From: Owenia fusiformis
Taxonomy: Eukaryota
Direction of reading: 5' to 3'
NCBI GenBank assembly: GCA_903813345.2
Contig: CAIIXF020000001.1
Location: forward strand, 23,126,001-23,190,000
Length of the DNA: 64,000 bases
Shown: piece after piece, positions 51,848 through 64,000 of the stretch
How positions within the stretch are numbered: the first letter of the stretch is position 1
How the letters are laid out: each line of letters opens with the position of its first letter
The notes under the pieces: generated by a model
What the model was told of the DNA's origin: nothing
Database searches by the model: none
What the model saw: only the letters and a program-made list of their open reading frames with translations
Position numbers and translations under genes: made by a program

Positions 51848-51892
51848 TTTCCTCCCCAGTAAATCTTTGTACATATGATGTAACTGGATCTC
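51848..51892 (-). CDS. KCNAB2: Kv-beta exon, RSSYIICTKIYWGG(K)
   Basis: 45 nt; tccag acceptor, gtaagt donor. Confidence 0.93.
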
Positions 51893-52279
51893 CTGGAAAA
51901 TATAACATCTCAAATATATTATAATATGATATAACTAATTGGGACTCCTTATTCTCAAGATTTCAAATTTATTATCATATCATCAGGAACTTGGAAGTTT
52001 TAATAGGTAGTTATAACAACTCAATCATTTCCTCTGTGAGATTTATCTCCAAGATAAGATTATAAAGTGGTCGTTCTATTTCTCCAAGAAAATGTAGTAT
52101 AATCAAATTGAGTAAATCTTTTTCTGGGACCTCAAATCAATAAATATGTTCATGTAGTACAGGCCTGATTATAGGACAATAAATTCTTTCAGCTTCTTAA
52201 CCAATCATTGTATAAGGTTAATTAAAAATAAAATGAAATAAAACACCAAGCTCTGTAGAACAAACATACATGTACATAC

Positions 52280-52324
52280 CTCCATGCTTTTTTCTTGAAT
52301 ATCTTCCCCAGCACTATTTCTGCC
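52280..52324 (-). CDS. KCNAB2: Kv-beta exon, AEIVLGKIFKKKAW(R)
   Basis: 45 nt; ttcag acceptor, gtatgt donor. Confidence 0.93.
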
Positions 52325-54517
52325 CTGAAAGTGCAAAGAATCTAATGTTATTACATGTCCACTGCACAAAACAACATACATGTTCAACCAGAAAAGGCTA
52401 GGCAAGGTAAACAGACTGTATCATTCCTACAACAGAGGAATTCTTCTAAATAAGGAATGACCAGAATGTAAGAAACAGTGTGTGAGAGTTAGAGGTTTTA
52501 TTTACTGACACTTCAGCTTCGATGAGGTTTTTTATTGATCTAGTGGTTCAGTTATCAAAGGGCATCCCTGGAGGGTGCTACATCAAAAGGGTTAGCTTAA
52601 CTCTCGGCAGATATTGCCGATTAGCAATACGATGGCATTAGTTACAAATTGTCCACACATACGATTCCTCCAAGCCAAATAAATCTCCCACTGGAATTAC
52701 TTCACACAATCACTCTCCATTTTTTCTTATTCTCTTGCACATGAATGATCAATTCAGGAATCTGATGATTGCGGATTTGCTGTATCTAATCATCTAATAC
52801 CAAAGTTCTTGATTCTGAACTTTGGGACTGAAAGTGTCTGACTGATTGTTTTACTTCACTTAGATTCAATTTCTTCCTGAGTTTTTTTAATCTCTTTTTA
52901 TTACCGCACAATCTGAATCACGTACAATTTAGTTTCATTTACAGCCCATTTTGACCCAGATTTTGACCATATTAAAAAAATTGTTAGACCATTTTAAAAT
53001 AGGCCACTCCATAATGACAGTTCATTTTTATATCCCACCACTGCAATCAAATGAAGCGACTATTTCATTGTGTTATATTTCCAATATCTTTTCTTCAGTG
53101 AAAATCAATATAGCTCTGAGACCACTAATCTGCTATATTCAAAAGGCATTACATGACACAGTGTCTTAATTCAGGCACGTAATTATGATTTTTATGTTGC
53201 TCAAAGCAAAGAAATAACAGAAGAAGTAATAAAAAAATAATAAAATGTTTTTAATTACAGTATTGCAGTGTGTTTGTTTGTCATTGCGTATGAGCATAAC
53301 ATGAAAAGATATTAAATAGGTGGCCTGCAAGAACTATGCCTTCTTTTTCATACACTTTAGTGTAATATTTTAGTCTAAATATAAAATTCATATGAGGGAC
53401 TGAATATGGTTTATATCTTGAGTATAATATGCTAGTTACCAGATTTATTCACAAAGAATTCATATATCATGGAGTAAATCATTTTAATCTTCTCACTATT
53501 TGAGGTTATATAAAATTGATATTTTTGTGGTAAAGACTGCATTTGTGGTGGCCTTGAACAACACATAACAGAATATCATTTATAATAGCAGATTCATACG
53601 ATCACTTATCGTGTATCTCAAGGCACACCAAATCACTTTGTAAAGATCCTAGTACTTTGTACTTTAACATATAGCTTAATGGAAAATAATAACTTCTCCA
53701 AGAGATTATGTTTCCTATTTGATGATAATTTACGATAATTGATTTGGAGAAATACATGAATTATATAAGTCCCAAGAGAGACATTAGGCCTAATGATTCC
53801 ATTTCTACAATACATGATATACACGATTTAACACAATGTTCTGATGCAAACTACAGAAGTATCCTATGAAATATTTACCAGTGAAAATAATAGAACTGGT
53901 TGAGAGCCTTTCATGTTCGCGAAGGAAGGTTTCTTTCTAACCTCCATAATAAAATGCAAAGATATATTGAAGTAATTGTCCAGAGTTTAAATGCAAGAAT
54001 AGTGTGAACAGATATGTAACATTAACATACCAAATGCAAAAATAGTGTGAACAGATATGTAACATTAACATACCAATGTTGAGAAATATTACACATATTT
54101 TTATCCTGACACACATTTGTGTAATTAAGAAAGTGAAGATTCTGCCCATTTTTCCTAAAATCTTATCAAACTTTCTTTATTAAGACTATCCAGTTTGTTA
54201 CTGAAACGGATCCATGGTTTAATTGAGGTAATATTTTATTATGAAGAGATGACCCTGAGTGCAAGTCTTAGTAAGCAGATGAAACACAGGCCCATAGCCA
54301 GCTTTTGACAAGGGATTCACTTTTCAAAAAAATTCCAAGGGGGTTCACATTTGCCAAATTTGAAATGGTGACAAACTATATGATTTTGGAAGAATTTTTG
54401 GTCAAAGCGCTTCACTCAAACCCAGCTCCCAACCCCCCTGCCTTGAAGCTCTCAAGTTTCAAATAAGTGAAAGCAAATGAATTCTTGATCATATAAAAAT
54501 ATGTTTATTTTACTTAC

Positions 54518-54597
54518 TTTCCAGCTGCATAGACCTCTGCAGTATCGAACACATTGATTCCACTTTCGTAGGCCAACGTCACAAGCTCCTCCGCTGT
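54518..54597 (-). CDS. KCNAB2: Kv-beta exon, [26 protein letters not shown](K)
   Basis: 80 nt; ttcag acceptor, gtaagt donor; carries catalytic D and Y. Confidence 0.95.
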
Positions 54598-54977
54598 CTG
54601 AAAGGTTTAATTCGATTCGATTCGTTTCGATTTGTTATGTAATATGTTACAAGGTTGTGTCAATAAATAAATATAAAATAAATATAAATTATGAAACAAT
54701 GAACAGATATTATATATTTGATGACACAACGCATTGTTGGTTTGAAGTATTACATTTTCTAAAAATAGTTCTAAGTTGCTACAGTTATAAGTTATCCTTA
54801 TAATTGTTTTGGACAAACAACACAATATAACTGACTATCCTTCAGTTGATAGCAAACTCCAGGACTGTCAAAGTGGAGAGATGTACTGCTTATCTAACAA
54901 GATTGAATTGTAAGACTGACCACTATAAATAAATAAATAAATAAATAAACTAACTAAACTACATGTATATAACTTAC

Positions 54978-55015
54978 ATCATCCGTAATTTGAGCACCAA
55001 ATGTCACCCATGTCC
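54978..55015 (-). CDS. KCNAB2: Kv-beta exon, GTWVTFGAQITDD
   Basis: 38 nt; ttcag acceptor, gtaagt donor. Confidence 0.93.
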
Positions 55016-56470
55016 CTGAAATATTGAAAAAAAATCCATTACAAACATTTATAGGTATCAAATAATAAATATAATTAATTTTTATCACAGTGAATAAATA
55101 AATTGGTTGGATCTTTGAATTCTTATTGGTCATTCGTCCATGCTATCTATCTCAAGTGGTCATTTATTTCTCATCTCATATTATAAACGCGTAAAAATGT
55201 CAAAACAGTACATTATTTTGAATTAAGGTTTCTCTGTTGCCATAAAGATATGATAAAACATATTAACAAAGCAATGAATCCAAATTAAGCTTCAGACCTT
55301 TATTAGACTTTTATCCCAACTTGCCAAAACAATACAGTAAAGGGAGTATAGTTTAACTTTTAATTGGCTTTGATTAATTAAATAATGCTAACGTTTATTT
55401 CCAGCGGAATTTCCACAGGGAAATGTGTTATTTTGAATCGAAATGTTGAAATTGATAAGGCATTCAGCTGTGAAATAAGAACATGGAATCTTGGGCAAGA
55501 ATCATACAATCTGAAAGTGCACCGAAGAGTCATCAATAATTCACGCTTAGTTGAATCATCACCAATGATGACTTTTAATGATTAAGTATAAAAGTTGGAA
55601 TCGACATGATATATTGGAATCCATATGAAATATTGCAAAGGAAGACATTGCCAGATGATATATGAAATGTTTGATTTATTTAAAAATATATGATCATCAG
55701 TGACTACTTGATACACTTTTGACAAACAATTTTTTCTGTCACATGGACTTTTTATGATTTTATTCCCCAAAGGAGATACTCATTACATTAAATATGTTAA
55801 AATTGATGACAACCTTATTTGGTAAATTACTGTAAAAGTGTGCATTCGTTATATACCAAATATCGGTGTTTGAGCATTTAAATAATGGCAGATGGGAGGT
55901 TTATTGCATGTAGTTACACTATACAATTATCTCTAATAAATGGTTGAAGTTCTATCACTACCAAAACATAACCAACCACCTACAGTGATGTATTAAACAG
56001 AATTACGAATAATTTTGAGGATGCCTTGTGATGAAGAAACGCATCCATCTTCATTCACTCAGTTACCATTGGTTGCAGTGAAGACTAATCGTGCGAAGAT
56101 AAAAAGTACCAGGATAAAGCTATAATTTGTGTTAAAGACTTGCATAAATGTCACAATCCTTTTACTTCTAAAGTATTCCTACTAAAATATACTACCCTAT
56201 GGGCCAAAGGCTATTAGTAATTTCCATTCTCTGACTAGAAATTGTTAAAAACATGATGACCCTAAAGTAGTTATGATGAAGGTATGAAATAAACCCAAAC
56301 TAGTTACAAAGGTAGACAAAATGTCACCACCTGCCATTTGTTACATTTGTTAGACGCTGAAAATCAACTGCCTACAGCAACCACGGAACACTGAACATCA
56401 ACCATTGAACAACAAGTGCCGAACATAGTCCACATAAAAAGTTCGAGACTATTTACAATATGTCACCACT

Positions 56471-57489
56471 CACACCCGGTGATCGTGAAAATGGGACGGA
56501 GGGGGGGAGCAGGCAATTTCCGCTAGAAAATTCAACAAATCTGGTAAAATTATTTTTTCAAGACAGAGTTTACGATTGAATTGCAAATTGAATAAGCGCA
56601 CGGTATGATAAAATATGTTAGGTATTCTAGGATTATTTTTCAACCGACACTCTTTTAAGATATAAGATCTATTAAAAAAGGCGCAACGCAACCAACGTGC
56701 AAAAGTCTAAGTTTTTGCTATAAATCAAGCAACAATGGACTACACGACCTGTAATAAATACTTGTAAGTGATGTTATCATAACTAAATTAATGTCATTGC
56801 TGAATTTATAAAATAAGTTTCCATACGTAAAATAAAAAATAATCGAAAATAATTAAAATGGGACGGAGGGGGGGAGGGGACGGAGGGGGGGAGTAATAAT
56901 TCTATAAAGTGAAACAACTTCACACGAATTCTTGTATTTGAAAAATGAACTCATTAACTTAGTAAGAAACTGGATGATATACCCCTGGAGACTGAAAAAT
57001 GGGGACATTTGGAGTAAAAGGACTTAAAGTCGCGAAACATCTCTTATCATGTCTTATATACATATTGCTCCCCCCCTCCGTCCCCTCCCCCCTCCATCCC
57101 AAATTCATTATTTTCGATTATTTTTTATTTCACATATGGAAACTTATTTTATAAATTCAGCAATGACATTAATTTGGTTATGATAACATCACTTACAAGT
57201 ATTTATTACAGGTCGTCTAGACCATTGTTTCTTGATTTATAGCAAAAACGTTGATTTGTGCCTGTTGATGGCCTTGCGCCTTTTTTAATAGATCTCATAC
57301 CTTAGATGCGTATCGTTTCAGAAAAAATCCCAGAAAACCTAACATATTCTACCATACCGTGTGCCTATCCATTTAGCAATTCAATAGTAAACTTTTTCTT
57401 GAAAAAATAAATCTTCCAGATTTGTTGAATTTCCTAGCAGAAATTGCCTGCTCCCCCCCTCCGTCCCATATTCACGATCACCGGGTGTG
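56471..57489. mobile_element. 1-kb foldback element, CAC...GTG termini, 5-bp TSD (Transib-like non-autonomous)
   Basis: Arms of about 425 bp starting CACACCCGGTGATCGTGAA; CCACT on both flanks. Confidence 0.8.
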
Positions 57490-57608
57490 CCACTGAGGAC
57501 ATAAAAACCGCAGTAATTGGAAATCTGGGGAAATCCAGAGATTACTTTGTATTGTGGAGTTCATGAAGTTGAAGATGCAAGATCAAATTTTTGTATTGTA
57601 ATACATAC

Positions 57609-57652
57609 CAAGGCCTATATTGGACACCCGTAACCCAGATTTGCCAAGATTT
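57609..57652 (-). CDS. KCNAB2: Kv-beta exon, (R)NLGKSGLRVSNIGL(G)
   Basis: 44 nt; ttcag acceptor, gtatgt donor. Confidence 0.93.
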
Positions 57653-58710
57653 CTGAAAATACACAGATAAAACATATGAGGTTTTTATTTCAGATTATGC
57701 AAAAGCTAAACAAATTGTACAATATAAATGATATTTAATATCTGTGAATGGTCACACATCTTGGTTAAAATATATTATACATCTAGTTATATAGGAAAGC
57801 TAGAAAAATGGCAGCTTCATGGAGAAGCAAATTCCCCCAAAGAAAGCTTGCTTCAACAAATCAATCTTAATTTAAACATTTTATGATAAGAATAACAAGA
57901 CAAAAGTAGTGTCCCCCCTCTTAGCATTAATATTACAAATATGAAGAGGGAGGTCTTACGCCCATGAACCATTTCAAATGAGGGAGGATCTACAGTATGC
58001 CCATAATCCATTTCAAATGAGGGAGGACATATGCCCATAATGCACTTTCCTGTAAAATACAAATCAAATCTGGGGACTGCTGACATTTGGGTATATCATC
58101 GTTCAGACAGATGCGCAGACAAAAGAGATGGTTGAACAAACAAATGGACAGTTATATCCCTCTAGACCTCATTTTGTGGATCAACAAGCCCCAGAAACAT
58201 GGATAAAAATTGAGTCTGGGTCCCATGCATGTTCCTGAGGCCTATGAGTGAAAGAGTAAAGTTACTGATAATATTTTTACCAGTTTACATACTATGGTAC
58301 AAGTAGAGACAACATGTTTGGTTACATAAGTCATGCACTGGATAACATGTAACAACATTAGGTGGACCCTGGGCATGTATTTTCAATAATCCATTTTGGC
58401 CACTTATGGATCCCAATTGGGTGGTCTTATCGGAAATATGATTCAAAACAGTAATCTGATTTGAAACTCCATTATCTAAGCATCTACTAATGCAATCAAC
58501 TTGTTTGTCTTGTTTAAAGGCTCATACTTTACTAACCCATGATCTTATTTAAAGGGTCATACTTTTTATACACCATGTATCCCAATGTCAAACTCTAATA
58601 AAGTACACCAGGCTGCTAAGCTGTAACATTTCTTTCCCACGGAGGCCTATTTTGTGGGATAACAAACTGGACTTGTTAACGACTTTGCCTCTAAAGGTAA
58701 ATACAGCTAT

Positions 58711-59169
58711 GCACCTCAAATAACACTTGTATCTGACTGCACCATAAACCTCATGAGTGAGCACCTCAAATGGCACCCCTCAAATAACACTTGTATCTGA
58801 TTGCACCTTTAATTCTTCTCGTCAGTGAGCACCTCAAATAACACTTGTATCTGACTGCACCTTTAATGCTTCTCATCTGTGAGCACCTCAAATAACACTT
58901 GTATCTGGCTGCACCTTTAATGCTTCTCATCAGTGAGCACCTCAAATAACACTTGTATCTGACTGCACCTTTAATTCTTCTCATCAGTGAGCACCTCAAA
59001 TGGCACCCCTCAAATAACACTTGTATCTGACTGCACCTTTAATTCTTCTCATCAGTGAGCACCTCAAATAATACTTTATCTGACTGCACCTTTAATGCTT
59101 CTCATCAGTGAGCACCTCAAATAACACTTGTATCTGACTGTACCTTTAATTCTTCTCATCAGTGAGCAC
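58711..59169 (+). repeat. 54-bp tandem repeat, about 8 copies
   Basis: GAGCACCTCAAATAACACTTGTATCTGACTGCACCTTTAATGCTTCTCATCAGT. Confidence 0.92.
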
Positions 59170-59193
59170 ACACATGCCAAAAGAAGAAACACC

Positions 59194-59733
59194 AAAAAGG
59201 CATTAACATGACAAAATGTCACCACCTAGTTGCTCACAATATTATAAGTTCAATCTAAAGTCAGATTTGAATTTCTGAGAACTGAGAACTGAGATGATTT
59301 TTAAAAAAATCGGTCAATTTGAAGCAAGTTGAAAAAAGACCATTTTTGACCCTGAGAAGGTAATTAAAGGTGAAATCTCAAATCTAAAGTCAGATTTGAT
59401 CTTCTGAGAACTTGTAGATGATTTTGAAAAACAATTGGTCAATTTGAAGCAAGTTGAAAAAAGACCTTTTTCACCTTTTTTTACCATAAAATGGTCACTG
59501 AAGGTCAAATTATAAAGTCAGATTTGAACTTCTGAAAACTTGTAGATGATTTTGAAAAACTGAAGTCAGTCTGAACAGTATTTGTTAAGTTATTGGAAGT
59601 TTTAAGATTTTGTTACAGACACCAACCGCCACCCGCCATCACCCATCATCAACCGCCACCCGCCGATCGCCAACCGCTGTCACCAAAAAACGGAGACCAT
59701 AACAATATGTCACCACTTTTGATGGCGACATAA
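59194..59733 (-). mobile_element. HINE-like family 1, full-length copy (other copies or fragments at 1-135, 6370-6770, 9498-9620, 22925-22990, 56315-56470, 61940-62090)
   Basis: Same termini, AAGTCAGATTTGAACTTCTGAGAACTTG core repeats and terminal hairpin. Confidence 0.7.
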
Positions 59734-60843
59734 CAAGAATTATGAAATGTAACAAAAACATCAAAGAGAACAACCAGTCAAAAGAAAAACAAATCCCCAA
59801 TATCCCAAGCGATGTTCTTACAAACAAAGTACTGTATGTAGCTAACACATCACTTACTCATCATTCAGAGATCATTTTTTGTGATCCAAAACAACAGGTC
59901 CACGGAACATTTCTTTCACTCCTGAAGGGATTGCAATACATGTGGAAAAATAGGAGAAATTCAGTCTAAAATTATGTGGGCCAGACAAAACTACTAATGT
60001 CAAAAAGGGTGAACAACCATAGAAAGCTGCTACCATGTAATAATACCATACCATGGGCTTTCAAGAGATTTCTGTTGAAAGCCCATGATAATACACAATA
60101 TTTCAAACGGTCATCAAGAGAAATCTATGGATAGTTTCCATCCCTCATTCACTCCCTTATGCCATTTAGCCATGAAATATTCAGGGCTTCAAAATGTGGT
60201 TAAAAAGTATGTACATCTTGTATATTAGAAGTCACACGTAGGTGAGAGAAAAAACAATGCAATCTATGCTACTATATACTTGTAATCTGGAAAGAGGTAA
60301 CGTTACATTCTCCAACCCCTACACTAAATGCCAGCCTAATTAGCACTAGGCCTGTTAGTTTCACAGACTAACAATCAATGTAATTGAAGCAGCTAACAAG
60401 ATTTTTGGCTTGTTATGTAACATTTATCAGTTTCCAGACAATTAGATAGTAAGATGTCTAATGTTATGTAATGATATTGAATAAGGGATTCACCTATATT
60501 TATATTAAATTACTAGACTTTAAGATCGATCAAAACAGTTTCATTTTTTTCAGTTTTGCTCCAAGTCTCCCGCTAAACTCCTCAACTCTTGATACTCCAG
60601 CCATTTTATTTTGTCCCTTTTTATCTAAATCTTGTAAGAAACAGATTCATTATAAGACAAAAAATGTTCCAATGCATTCTCACATAATGTCATCCACTCT
60701 TTTATTGCAGAATAGCAGATGGTTTATATTGAGAAGATAGTTAAGTCATTCTGTAAGTAAAATCAATAGAACTTATTGAATTTCTGGAGTAAGTTTTAGT
60801 TGGGGCTCGCAGTAGCTCTATCTGCAACAGCTTCACACTTAAC

Positions 60844-61019
60844 CTGCTATAGAACAGTGATTGAACATGGGTTCTGCTATAGAACAGTGATTGAACATGG
60901 GTTCTGCTAAGGAACAGTGATTGAACATGGGTTCTGCAAAGGAACAGTGATTGAACATGGGTTCTGCTATAGAACAGTGATTGAACATGGGTTCTGCTAA
61001 GGAACAGTGATTGAACATG
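60844..61019 (+). repeat. 30-bp tandem repeat, 6 copies
   Basis: CTGCTATAGAACAGTGATTGAACATGGGTT. Confidence 0.92.
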
Positions 61020-62380
61020 CCCGGTTCTATGATGCACGGATTTATATTGCTTGATAAGCAAAAATATGCTGGATAATGGGTGAAATTACACCAGAAAATA
61101 TCACAGTTCTTTCTTGTATATATGATTCAATTTTGACCAGTACATATAGATTTAAAATTGTCACGTAAGAAACGAGATATGTACAAATTTATTAAAGATT
61201 TAAAAGACCCATTTCCTTCACTTCTTATATTCTTAAATCCCGGTATCACCAGATCATGCAGCACTATAAGATTAGAGAGGGGCAATATAATCTGTATAAC
61301 AAAACAAAAACCCTTCAATTCATTCATCGGAGCTAGAGTAAAAAAATATTACAATATTTGTACTTTTGTTTTTTGCAAAACAACAATAAAACACATTGAA
61401 AACAAGATAAAAGAGACAGAAACACAATCATTAATCATTGTAATACACCCAAAATGTTTAGACATTTTAGAACACCTGGGAAAAACAAACCAGCAATACC
61501 TGCAGGAATCTATTAATAGAGGAACAACCTTTAGTTTTTACCTACCATGATTTCTTATCAATGAACCACGATGGTATATAACTTATGTTTATAAGACAAA
61601 CAGGTATTTTACAGTACATGCTATACTCTTCGTAACATTTCCAATACAGTCAATCCTGTATATCTGAACACCTCTCTAATCTGAACACCTCTCTAATCTG
61701 AATACCTCTCTTTCTCTTATCTAAACTCAATTGAACAAATTTTTCGATCACATAATCTGCCATTGACATAGATGTTAAAAACACTCATAATGTAAACACC
61801 CGCTAATCCGTATACTGGCCAGTCCCAGTGGCATTCAGATAAGACTGGTTCTACTGTTTTTTGTTTTTGCTTCTTTAAAAGTGAATCATCATCTCATGTA
61901 CTAGGTCCTGACACGCATGGTACACTTTTAGTTCTAGTTTTATGTCACCACCAGAAGTGGTGACATAGACAGTGTTCTGTGTTCAGAGTTTGGTAGTTGG
62001 TGTTTGACATTAAGTAGTTGGTGTTCAGCGGTCGGCAGTCAGTGTCTGTAACAAATGGCATGTGGTGACATTTGCATGTCAATGCCTTTTGTTGAAGTCT
62101 GGTATATACATGCACCCTGAGACCCAGGTACTAGAAGTTATTACTGACCTCTAACTAGGATAGATATGATATTTTACAGATTATTTCTCTCTGTAGAGTA
62201 CAGATGAAGTTACTGAATCATTTTCATGAAAAGGGTATCTGCTACATTTATATTTTTTCCAACTTTCATGGATGGCATTTTTCCAAAAAAAGCCAAAGAG
62301 GGTTGAGCTTGATTTCTATCACGTTATAGTTCACTCTTTAACAACTGTGTTAATTGAAAGCCTTAATTCCACACTTTGTA

Positions 62381-62506
62381 TTCCAATGGAGCTAAATATA
62401 GTTCCAATGGAGCTAAATGTAGTCCAAAGGAGCTAAATGTAGTTCCAATGGAGCTAAATGTAGTCCAAAGGAGCTAAATGTAGTTCCAATGGAGCTAAAT
62501 GTAGTT
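62381..62506 (+). repeat. 20-21-bp tandem repeat, 6 copies
   Basis: GTTCCAATGGAGCTAAATGTA. Confidence 0.9.
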
Positions 62507-63182
62507 CTTACACACAAAGTATATGATTTCCAGGGTAAAGTATGATACATTGTAAATCTGGTACCATATATACAGTAGTATCACTAGCATTTAGTATACT
62601 ATACACTGTTAAGTTTCTTTGCATGTTCCTTCTTGTATATGCCTTTTTATAGCTCCCCTAAGGTAGGATATATGTGATTAACATAAAAGTAAGTATTGAT
62701 GGATTCCTCCCAGGGTATCTCAGCATCACTTTGTTGTACCTCAACTTTCCATCAGCCAAGGCTTCATATCTCAAGGGTACAAAGAACTACAAGGTGTTTA
62801 CAAAGAGGAATATCTTACTTGAGAGTGCTTGATTATGAACGAAACAGGTATAAATGTTTCGGAGGATTCTTGCTGGGTACCTACATGTTATATGCACGTT
62901 GCTTCTCATAATGAGTCTTATATCAATCTAGTTGAATATTCAGATTTTAATTACATTCTTATTACAAAAGTAATCAATGATCAGGCACATCCAATTGTTT
63001 TGGTCTCGCTTAATTTAATGGAAATGGTAACATTTTAAATGATTCATAAAGATATTTTCTAAAATTTTGAGACCAAAGCCAACAAAATATTTGAGATGAT
63101 TGAAATATGAAATAACTAAATTTTTAGGTATACGTGTATGTAATAAAAGATATTGTAAAATCATGGGAAGTCACTTTCTATG

Positions 63183-63478
63183 GCACTATCATGGTGCATA
63201 TATCACACTATTATAATTATTGCACTATCATGATGCATATAGAACACTATCATGATAACTGCCCTACCATAATGCATACATAGCACTAAACATGATAACT
63301 GCACTATCATGATGCATATATTACATTTTCATGATAGCTGACTGTCATGATGAATACATCCACTAGGATGAGAACTGATGCTTATATTACGCATTTTTGA
63401 TTATTGCACTATTATGATTTTTGCACTATCATGATGCATATATTTCACCAGCACAATGCATAAACTGCACTATCATGA
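63183..63478 (+). repeat. Degenerate GCACTATCATGAT tandem repeat
   Basis: Motif recurs about every 20-40 bp. Confidence 0.7.
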
Positions 63479-64000
63479 CCAAAACCCTCATTAGATGGCA
63501 GAAAATTATCCTACCAAGCAATATAACCACATATGTGCCGTAGTGCAGTATGACCTCATATAGTTCCAATTCACACAAGGGGAACATAACAATATGCCTC
63601 AACAGATTGTGTTTCTTTCCATGCTTCTTCAATATTCCACAATACAACACACAAAATGATCATCAGATCTATTTAGTGTACATTTGAGATGCTGAAGCCA
63701 GTACATATATGATTTTTCTCAATTATCAGATCAAAATAATAACATCCTCTTTATTGATATACCTTATGTCTTAATGACAATAGATGTACTAGGACAATAA
63801 CTGGATCGAAATGAAATACTGTATGACCACAATTGGGTCATTGAATGCCCTAGATATCAATAAATATAAATGAGAAAACTAGAGAATTCTAGAAAAACTG
63901 AGTCGACTAATAGAACATGTAACACAATGTTACATTAATAAATGACAAAAGCCCATTATACAATGTAGTTCCATCCCTTTGGTGATAAAATTTCATGTAG

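Larger units (their letters stand above)
44965..57652 (-). other. KCNAB2: Gene model: voltage-gated potassium channel beta subunit (Kv-beta2/Hyperkinetic-like, aldo-keto reductase fold); first coding exon(s) not located
   Basis: Twelve GT-AG exons splice in frame to a protein closely matching the Kv-beta core from RNLGKSGLRVS to ILGNKP. AKR catalytic residues are intact (D and Y in DTAEVY, K in TKI, N in FAN). Confidence 0.96.

Noticed and set aside
60490-60515. Candidate upstream Kv-beta exon ending ...YKY(R)|GTGA
   Set aside because: In-frame TAA three codons upstream and no ATG; unsupported.
58711-61019. 54-bp and 30-bp arrays as possible CRISPR arrays
   Set aside because: Head-to-tail repeats with no unique spacers, no cas genes, and a eukaryotic context.

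Overview
AT-rich, intron-rich animal genomic DNA. The repeat families suggest a marine invertebrate, possibly a lophotrochozoan (inference). Two spliced minus-strand genes were assembled by hand from GT-AG bounded, phase-compatible exons, most of them missed by the ORF track. (1) GPLD1, GPI-specific phospholipase D: first 8 coding exons, 35481 to 415, continuing off the left edge. (2) A voltage-gated K+ channel beta subunit (KCNAB/Hyperkinetic): 12 exons, 57652 to 44965; the N-terminal exon was not found. Best finding: the Kv-beta stop codon lies in the UGA-CUAG readthrough context and is followed by 36 open codons ending in a CaaX prenylation box (CTIQ*), suggesting a readthrough-generated, farnesylated isoform. 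Second: a plus-strand gene nested in GPLD1 intron 3 has a core promoter, a signal-peptide exon and two duplicated alternative last exons encoding a Cys-rich module with or without a mucin-like tail. The rest is a 5'-truncated CR1-group LINE, many non-autonomous DNA transposons (Tc1/mariner, hAT-like with 5, 6 and 8 bp TSDs, PIF, Kolobok-like, Transib-like, MULE-like, Helentron-type) and tandem repeats. No rRNA, intact tRNA or CRISPR array was seen.
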